Shown here: positions 57,686 to 64,000 of the stretch, in pieces
Numbering within the stretch: the first letter of the stretch is position 1
Layout: every line of letters starts with the position of its first letter
Assembly: GCA_944380515.1 (NCBI GenBank)
Contig: CALWHT010000031.1
Coordinates: 17,332 to 81,331, forward strand
Length of the DNA stretch: 64,000 nucleotides
Source of the DNA: an uncultured Roseburia sp.
GTDB lineage: Bacteria > Bacillota > Clostridia > Lachnospirales > Lachnospiraceae
Direction: 5' to 3'
The notes under the pieces: model-generated
Seen by the model: only the letters and a program-made list of their open reading frames with translations
Database searches by the model: none
What the model was told of the DNA's origin: nothing
Translations under genes and position numbers: made by a program

Positions 57686-57849
57686 CAAGACAGTTGCAAT
57701 GAAACTGCTTTCATTATTATACTTAATATTATATTAGTTTGTGAAACAGACAAGTATTCTATTTCATTTGCATACGTCGCGGACGGGGCTTCCAAAAGTG
57801 CTCTCTGCGATGTAAAAAATTAATTACATTAATATCAGGAGACACAACC

Positions 57850-58860
57850 ATGACAATTTATGACATTTCAAAGAAAGCAGGTGTTTCCATTGCCACCGTA
57901 TCACGCGTTTTAAACGGAAGTGACAAGGTTCGTCCTGCCACAAAGAAAAAAGTAATGGATATCATTGAGAAGTACGAGTACGCGCCGAATGCGTTTGCCC
58001 GCGGATTGGGGCTTCATTCGCTGCGTACTATCGGTATTCTGTGCGCAGATTCCTCTGACCCCTTTCTTGCCAAGGCGGTCTATTATCTGGAACAGGAGCT
58101 TCAGGCCAACGGCTACGAATCACTGCTCTGCTGTACCGGGTATAATCTGGATATCAAACGGAACTATGTGAACCTGATTCTCTCCAAAAAGGTGGACAGC
58201 ATTATCCTCGTGGGTTCGAATTTTATCGGCACGACCGAGGAGGAGAATCAATACATCAAAGACGTTTCTTCTCAGGTTCCGATCATGCTTTTGAACGCAT
58301 CCTTTGATTATCCGAACGTGTACAGTACCCTGTGCGACGATTACAGCTCCATGCAGGAGGCAGCCAATGCAATGCTGGATGCCGGAATTACCGATATTTT
58401 ATATCTGTACAATTCCAATTCCTACAGCGGAAGAAAAAAGCTCGGAGGCTTCGAGGCCGCGATGCAGGCGCGGGGAATCTGCGGCTATGAAAAGCTGATC
58501 CATTTCTATGACGGTGAACCGGACCGCCTCAATGATATGGCCGACTTTGTGGAGCGCATCGCCAAAAAAGCCCCTCCCTTCCACGGAGTGATTGCCGCAG
58601 ACGACTCGCTCGCCATCGGCAGCATTAAATATGCACGCAGACACGGGCTGAATGTCCCGCAGGATTTATCGGTGATTGGATATAATAATTCCATGCTGAC
58701 CGCGTGCTCTACTCCGGAACTTACTTCCGTTGACAACCGCCTGGAAAACCAGACCCACCAGCTCGTACAGACACTGCTTGGTGTCCTTGCGGGAGAAGAA
58801 ATGCCGAAAAAATCTGTTTTTTCGGGCAAACTGATAAAACGCGGCACTACTTTATTTTAG
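57850..58860 (+). CDS. LacI family transcriptional regulator (ExuR/KdgR-like role)
   Basis: MTIYDISKKAGVSIATVSRVLN, YAPNAFARGL, VPQDLSVIGYN and LTSVD motifs. Confidence 0.95.
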   Translation: MTIYDISKKAGVSIATVSRVLNGSDKVRPATKKKVMDIIEKYEYAPNAFARGLGLHSLRTIGILCADSSDPFLAKAVYYLEQELQANGYESLLCCTGYNLDIKRNYVNLILSKKVDSIILVGSNFIGTTEEENQYIKDVSSQVPIMLLNASFDYPNVYSTLCDDYSSMQEAANAMLDAGITDILYLYNSNSYSGRKKLGGFEAAMQARGICGYEKLIHFYDGEPDRLNDMADFVERIAKKAPPFHGVIAADDSLAIGSIKYARRHGLNVPQDLSVIGYNNSMLTACSTPELTSVDNRLENQTHQLVQTLLGVLAGEEMPKKSVFSGKLIKRGTTLF

Positions 58861-58889
58861 TATCAATATTATGGTATGGAGGAAAACCT

Positions 58890-60296
58890 ATGAGACAATT
58901 TATGGACGAAAATTTTTTACTGCAGACGGAAACGGCGCAAAAGCTCTACCATGATTACGCGGAGCATACGCCCATTCTGGACTATCACTGCCACATCAAC
59001 CCGCAGGAGATCTACGAGGACAGGCAGTTTGAGAACATTACCCAGGTATGGCTGGGAGGCGACCATTATAAATGGCGCTTTATGCGTTCCTGCGGCATTG
59101 ACGAGCGCTTTATCACCGGGGATGCTTCCGATAAAGAGAAATTTTTAAAATGGGCCGAGGTTCTGGGCAAAGCCATCGGCAATCCGCTCTTTCACTGGAG
59201 CCATCTGGAGCTGAAAAAATATTTCGGCTATCAGGGTGTGTTAAACAAAAATACGGCAGAGGCGGTCTGGGAGCTGTGCAACAGGCGGCTTGCAGAGCCC
59301 GATATGAGCGTCCGCAACATTATCCGCCAGTCGAACGTTACACTCATCTGCACCACGGATGACCCGGTGGATTCTCTGGAATGGCACAGGAAAATTGCCG
59401 AAGATGCTTCTTTTGAGGTTCAGGTGCTTCCGGCATGGCGTCCCGACAAGGCGATGAACATTGAAAAGACCACCTACACAGACTATCTTGCCCAGCTGTC
59501 CGAGGCTTCCGGCATGGCCGTTTCCACCTTTGCCGATTTAAAGAAAGCCCTGGCAAACCGTATGGACTTCTTCGCCTCCATGGGCTGCAGCGTATCCGAT
59601 CACGCGCTGGAATATGTGATGTACGCTCCCGCCTCCGACGAGGAAATCGAAACGATTTTTGCAAAGCGGTTAAAAGGCGAAGCTCTCACACGCGCGGAAG
59701 AATTAAAATTCAAAACCGCTTTCATGCTGTTTGTCGGGGCAGAATACGCAAAGCGCGGCTGGGTAATGCAGCTTCACTACGGCTGCAAGCGCGACAACAA
59801 CACACCGATGTTTGACCGTCTCGGACCGGATACCGGCTACGACTGCATCAACAACTACGCTCCATCCTCGGAAATGGCAGATTTCTTAAATTCTCTCAAC
59901 CGGAACGGAAATCTTCCGAAGACGATTATTTACAGCTTAAACCCGAACGACAATCAGGCAATCGGAACGATTTTAGGATGCTTCCAGGATTCCACTGCAG
60001 TTGCCAAAATCCAGCAGGGCTCCGCATGGTGGTTTAACGATCACAAGACCGGCATGCAGGATCAGATGATTTCCCTTGCAAACCTCGGCAACCTTTCCGG
60101 CTTTGTCGGAATGCTCACGGACTCCCGCAGCTTCTTATCTTATACCCGTCATGATTATTTCCGCAGAATCCTCTGCAATTTAATCGGCGGCTGGGTAGAG
60201 AACGGAGAATTTCCGGCGGACTATGATACGCTTGAGGAAATCGTAAAGGGAATCTGCTATTACAACGCAGTCAAGTATTTTGGTTTTAACCTGTAA
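58890..60296 (+). CDS. uxaC: Uronate isomerase
   Basis: DYHCH, WLGGDHYKWR, GNPLFHWSHLEL, CTTDDP, AWWFND, GMLTDSRSF and RHDYFRR motifs. Confidence 0.97.
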   Translation: MRQFMDENFLLQTETAQKLYHDYAEHTPILDYHCHINPQEIYEDRQFENITQVWLGGDHYKWRFMRSCGIDERFITGDASDKEKFLKWAEVLGKAIGNPLFHWSHLELKKYFGYQGVLNKNTAEAVWELCNRRLAEPDMSVRNIIRQSNVTLICTTDDPVDSLEWHRKIAEDASFEVQVLPAWRPDKAMNIEKTTYTDYLAQLSEASGMAVSTFADLKKALANRMDFFASMGCSVSDHALEYVMYAPASDEEIETIFAKRLKGEALTRAEELKFKTAFMLFVGAEYAKRGWVMQLHYGCKRDNNTPMFDRLGPDTGYDCINNYAPSSEMADFLNSLNRNGNLPKTIIYSLNPNDNQAIGTILGCFQDSTAVAKIQQGSAWWFNDHKTGMQDQMISLANLGNLSGFVGMLTDSRSFLSYTRHDYFRRILCNLIGGWVENGEFPADYDTLEEIVKGICYYNAVKYFGFNL

Positions 60297-60310
60297 AAAA
60301 GGAGGATTTT

Positions 60311-61174
60311 ATGGAACTTCGAACTGCTGCATCCCCGAGGGATGTAAAACATTACACCACAGAACGTTTGAGAGAGGAATTTTTAATCGACGATTTATTC
60401 CAGCCCAATGTGATTAAGCTGGTTTACAGCCACATCGACCGCATTATCACCGGCTCTGCCGTTCCGGTCAGGGAGGTTTTGAAGCTGACCGCCGGCGACG
60501 AGCTGCGCGCGCAGTATTTTTGCGAACGGCGTGAGCTCGGCGTGATCAATATCGGCGGCGCCGGAAAAATCACCGTGGACGGAAAGGTCTACGAGGTCGG
60601 CCCGCGGGAAGGCATGTATATCGGTATGGGCTCAAAGGATATTTCCTTTGCGAGCGCAGACGCTTCCGCTCCGGCAAAATTTTATTTAAACAGCGCGCCC
60701 GCTCACAGAACCTGCCCGACTGTATTAATCAAGCCGGAGGGCGAGCCTGCCGAGGGCGTTGTCATCGTTAAGGACTGCAATAAGGTAGAGCTCGGTTCTC
60801 TGGAGACCGCAAACCACAGAACCATCTGCAAATATATTCTGCCCGGCCAGGTGGAAAGCTGCCAGCTTGAAATGGGTATGACCAGGCTGGAGCCGGGAAG
60901 CGTCTGGAACACAATGCCCTGCCACACACATGACAGACGTATGGAAGTATATTTGTATTTTGACATGCCAGAAGACGCGCTTGTCATGCATTACATGGGC
61001 GAGCCGACCGAGACGCGCCACATCGTAATGCGCAATGAACAGGCTGTCATCTCCCCGAGCTGGTCCATTCATTCCGGCTGCGGCACGCAGGCATATACCT
61101 TTATCTGGGGTATGGTCGGCGAGAATCAGGACTTCGATGATATGGATGATGTGGGAATGAAGGATTTGATGTAA
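60311..61174 (+). CDS. kduI: 5-dehydro-4-deoxy-D-glucuronate isomerase
   Basis: LREEFLI, YSHIDR, RRELGVINIGG, WNTMPCHTHDRRME and SPSWSIHSG motifs. Confidence 0.96.
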   Translation: MELRTAASPRDVKHYTTERLREEFLIDDLFQPNVIKLVYSHIDRIITGSAVPVREVLKLTAGDELRAQYFCERRELGVINIGGAGKITVDGKVYEVGPREGMYIGMGSKDISFASADASAPAKFYLNSAPAHRTCPTVLIKPEGEPAEGVVIVKDCNKVELGSLETANHRTICKYILPGQVESCQLEMGMTRLEPGSVWNTMPCHTHDRRMEVYLYFDMPEDALVMHYMGEPTETRHIVMRNEQAVISPSWSIHSGCGTQAYTFIWGMVGENQDFDDMDDVGMKDLM

Positions 61175-61204
61175 TTTTTAATTTTGGGAGGTAATGAGGT
61201 AATA

Positions 61205-61843
61205 ATGAAGATCGCTTTAATTAACGAGAACAGCCAGGCGGCAAAAAATGAACTGATCTGCACTACCCTGAAATCCGTTGTCGAACCAATGGGACATACG
61301 GTCTTTAATTACGGTATGTACTCGGCTGAGGATGCCAACCAGCTCACTTACGTGCAAAACGGTATTCTTGCCGCTGTTTTATTAAACTCCGGCGCTGCCG
61401 ACTATGTGATTACCGGCTGTGGAACCGGCGAAGGCGCCATGCTGGCATGCAATTCCTTCCCGCAGGTGCTCTGCGGACATATCGAGTCCCCGCTGGACGC
61501 GTATCTGTTTTCTCAGGTGAATGACGGGAACTGTATTGCTCTGCCGTTTGCGGAAAACTTCGGCTGGGGCGGCGAACTGAATCTGACCTATATTTTTGAA
61601 AAATTATTCTGTGCTCCGGGCGGAGGCGGCTATCCGAAGGAGCGTGTTGTTCCGGAACAGCGGAACAAAAAGATTCTCGATGAGGTAAAAAAAGTAACGC
61701 ACCGCGACATGGTCTCCATTTTAAAGGAGCTGGACCGCGAGCTTGTTATCGGCGCGTTAAGCGGCGAACACTTCCGGGAATATTTCTTTGAAAACTGTAA
61801 AGATGAGGCGATTGCTGCCTGTGTGAAGGAACTGCTTGGATAA
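61205..61843 (+). CDS. RpiB/LacA/LacB family isomerase, DhuI-like
   Basis: MKIALINENSQAAKN, NYGMY, TGCGTGEGAM, QVNDGN and FGWGGELNL motifs. Confidence 0.85.
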   Translation: MKIALINENSQAAKNELICTTLKSVVEPMGHTVFNYGMYSAEDANQLTYVQNGILAAVLLNSGAADYVITGCGTGEGAMLACNSFPQVLCGHIESPLDAYLFSQVNDGNCIALPFAENFGWGGELNLTYIFEKLFCAPGGGGYPKERVVPEQRNKKILDEVKKVTHRDMVSILKELDRELVIGALSGEHFREYFFENCKDEAIAACVKELLG

Positions 61844-61911
61844 TCCCCGGAAACAGGCACGCATACATAGGAGGGAGATACCGGTGAAACGCCTGTATCT
61901 CCCTCTTTATT

Positions 61912-62058
61912 TCAGCAGTCATCGCTGCAAAACAGATAATATCCCGCCAGCATACAAAGAATCATCAGGAAAAACCCAAAGAAACGGTTATGAATTACAA
62001 TCATCACCAACATTCCCAGCGCAAAGCAGAACAATGCAAATCCAAAGATCCGTTTCAT
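61912..62058 (-). CDS. Small two-helix membrane protein
   Basis: 48 aa, two hydrophobic segments, SD GGAG 7 nt upstream. Confidence 0.65.
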   Translation of the reverse strand: MKRIFGFALFCFALGMLVMIVIHNRFFGFFLMILCMLAGYYLFCSDDC

Positions 62059-62125
62059 GGCAGACTCCAATAAAAAAGCATATATCACTATCAATATATG
62101 CTTTTCTCTGCGTCCTTTTCACTTT

Positions 62126-62581
62126 TTATTCTTCTTTGTTCACAGCATCCTTTAACATATCCGCCATTTCTTTTCCGGCCGCCTTCATGGCATTCTCATC
62201 CTTTTCGGCAGTACTCTCCTGTGCATGGCCCGTTTCCGCTGTACTTCCGTTTCTTGCAGTAAAACGGTTCACAAAATCCGGCACCATATCCAGTACCTTG
62301 GTGATGCCATCCTGATTTTTAATATTTACCAGCTTGGTAGTTCCGTTTTGGATCACCAGCACGGCACTCGGCATAATTTTTCCGCCCATACCTCCCGCGC
62401 CGTTATTCTTTTTGTCCTGGGAAAAAGCCCCCGCCGCAACGCCAAAGGACACATCAACCATCGGAAGAATAATGGTGTCCCCGATATGGATTGCGTCGCC
62501 GACCACGGTCTTTGTCGTGATAAAGCTGTCCATCCCCTTAAATAAGGATTCTACCGTTGTGTGAAAACTATTGTCTGCCAT
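62126..62581 (-). CDS. GerW/YtfJ family sporulation protein
   Basis: TVVGDAI, IILPMVDVSFG, GGMGGKIMPSAVLVI and DMVPD motifs. Confidence 0.88.
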   Translation of the reverse strand: MADNSFHTTVESLFKGMDSFITTKTVVGDAIHIGDTIILPMVDVSFGVAAGAFSQDKKNNGAGGMGGKIMPSAVLVIQNGTTKLVNIKNQDGITKVLDMVPDFVNRFTARNGSTAETGHAQESTAEKDENAMKAAGKEMADMLKDAVNKEE

Positions 62582-62620
62582 AATAAAAACCTGCCTTTCT
62601 TTTTTCTGTCTGCCCGGGTT

Positions 62621-63565
62621 TTACCCGCTATACTGCGACAGCATTCTCATAATTCTCTTTACAAATATCCGAAATTCCCTTTCTTTCAGAAGCCGCAGGA
62701 ACGACACCAGCATGTGGATCAGACGGATGTGTCCCTTTATTTGAAAGCTTCCCCTTACATAGGCGCTTTCCGTCTCAAAATCGGGATATACCTGAATTTC
62801 ATACCGGTACATCACTGGAAGCATACACAGCACTCCCAAAAACTGTCCTGTCGCCGACGGCTCCCAGAGAGCAAATGTCAGGTTTGTCTGAATCCGCCGG
62901 AAACCGGAATGACGAAGCAGATATCGAAGCTCCCGAAAGATAAGCCTCACCGACCTTTGGTTTATCTCATCCTCCAACAGTGCCTTCCCTCTGCAGAGCA
63001 TGTCCTTCATTTGACGGCACTGTGCGAGGAAGCGTTTTAGGGTCCGGCGCAGCGAATGAAAGAATTCCGAAACCATGCGCCTCTTTTTTTTCTTTTTTTT
63101 CTTTTTTTTCTTTTTTCTGTCTGCCTTAGTCTTTCCGGAACCGCCGCTCTCCATACTGAAACCCGCGCCGTTTCCGCCGCTGTCGGAATGTTGTAATAAT
63201 ACGGTCTCCTCCTGCGGAATGGTGCCATCGTCTTCCTCCGGGATAAAGCTGTCATCCTCCTGCGGGATAGCGCCGTCGTCCTCCTCCGGGATGATATAAT
63301 CATCCTCCTCCCCGTCCAGTCTCTTTCGAAACCACAAAAACCGAAACCAACATTCGGTTTCCTCCTTCCGGTAGGAAAATCGGAATGCAAGCACTGGAGA
63401 AAGCCAGCGGACATCCGCCTCCATGCGAAATTGTTCCTCCTTCCCGCCCTCCATACGGTACCGGATCGGCACAAATAAAACCAGAAAGAGCAGGAACAAC
63501 AGAAGGCCCAAAACGACAAGAAGAATGATTCCTATAATTTTTAGTATGAGCAATACGACTGACAT
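62621..63565 (-). CDS. DUF2953 (YtfI-like) membrane protein
   Basis: LKIIGIILL..LFVPIRY N-terminus, a low-complexity middle, and PSATGQFLG..YPDFE C-terminus; upstream of ytfJ. Confidence 0.82.
   Translation of the reverse strand: MSVVLLILKIIGIILLVVLGLLLFLLFLVLFVPIRYRMEGGKEEQFRMEADVRWLSPVLAFRFSYRKEETECWFRFLWFRKRLDGEEDDYIIPEEDDGAIPQEDDSFIPEEDDGTIPQEETVLLQHSDSGGNGAGFSMESGGSGKTKADRKKKKKKKKKKKRRMVSEFFHSLRRTLKRFLAQCRQMKDMLCRGKALLEDEINQRSVRLIFRELRYLLRHSGFRRIQTNLTFALWEPSATGQFLGVLCMLPVMYRYEIQVYPDFETESAYVRGSFQIKGHIRLIHMLVSFLRLLKEREFRIFVKRIMRMLSQYSG
63081..63117 (-). repeat. (A8G)n tract encoding about 11 consecutive lysines
   Basis: Plus strand C-T8-C-T8-C-T8-C-T6; reading frame intact. Confidence 0.9.
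63206..63313 (-). repeat. 24-nt coding tandem repeat (about 4.5 units, IP[EQ]EDDxx)
   Basis: Units at 63221-63244, 63245-63268 and 63269-63292; alternate units are more alike (48-nt higher-order period). Confidence 0.85.
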
Positions 63566-63894
63566 TCTTCTCTTTTCCGTCTCCTTTTCTCATCGAAATA
63601 AGCGCGGACGGCAAAGGTTCCCGTCCTGCGGTAAACCTCGTCGACGATGGATGCCGCAACCTCAATGGCTTCGTCATAGCCCTTCGCCAGGCCGACCACA
63701 AACAGATTCTTCTTCGGATAGCCCTTCTGCATCAGTTCCCGGGACGGTATGATATCGAGCAGATTCTTTTCATTTGAGGCCAGCGTAATGACATAGACGG
63801 AAGGCTGTCCGGCATTATGAAGAATCTTCCATTTTATTTTTTTTGTCTTATGTAAAATGCTCTCTCCGACATACAGGTCTTCATACCATACCAT
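63541..63894 (-). CDS. Conserved hypothetical protein
   Basis: 117 aa with natural composition, SD GAGGAG, overlaps the downstream gene start. Confidence 0.75.
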   Translation of the reverse strand: MVWYEDLYVGESILHKTKKIKWKILHNAGQPSVYVITLASNEKNLLDIIPSRELMQKGYPKKNLFVVGLAKGYDEAIEVAASIVDEVYRRTGTFAVRAYFDEKRRRKREECQSYCSY

Positions 63895-64000
63895 GCAATC
63901 TCCTCACATCTTAAAAATATTTATGGCTCCCCCATAAATTGCTTTTTTTTAATTCCTGATACTCTCCGTATGCCTTTTCAAGTATCTGCTTCTCATTCGG

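Noticed and set aside
63919-64000. Possible gene end and hairpin at the right edge
   Set aside because: Two frames are open and too short to identify; the hairpin ATTTATGG/CCATAAAT may be a terminator but cannot be assigned.
1-64000. CRISPR arrays, tRNA/rRNA, T-boxes, known riboswitches, transposases, prophage or defence genes
   Set aside because: No regularly spaced repeats, cloverleafs or recognisable motifs were found by eye; an Infernal/Rfam and HMM scan would be needed to exclude divergent cases.

Overview
Chromosomal window (roughly 50% G+C by eye) from a spore-forming Clostridia bacterium, most likely Lachnospiraceae (inferred from gene content and order). Most genes are on the minus strand. 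From left to right: RNase E/G with the TIGR03936/TIGR03960 radical SAM pair; a partial his operon (hisZ-G-D-B plus a HisF-like/HisIE fusion); recU, pseudouridine synthases and ygiQ; pepD/ylbJ; coaD-rsmD-pncC-pgsA-rimO-rpoZ-gmk-remA-yicC; an accessory block (Xre pair, nadABC-niaR, HPr-like, BlaI/M56, pepF, MATE); rqcH; GH105; SASP; recG-fakA-asp23/rpmB; a pectin/galacturonate locus (ABC transporter, GH28, uxaABC, kduI, dhuI, kduD-like, LacI); and ytfJ/ytfI-like genes. No rRNA, tRNA, CRISPR array, transposase or integrase was recognised. The best candidate for an undescribed system is a ~140-170 bp modular intergenic repeat present twice (30086-30222 and 42184-42356). It shows compensatory base changes, a predicted pseudoknot ending at the Shine-Dalgarno it supplies to the downstream gene (blaI, recG), and a frame-conserved short uORF. 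Other highlights are two apparent pseudoenzymes (the HisF-like domain and a GH105 paralogue) and a shared palindromic operator that ties the pectin genes into one regulon. All calls come from reading the sequence by eye; no database searches or folding programs were run.
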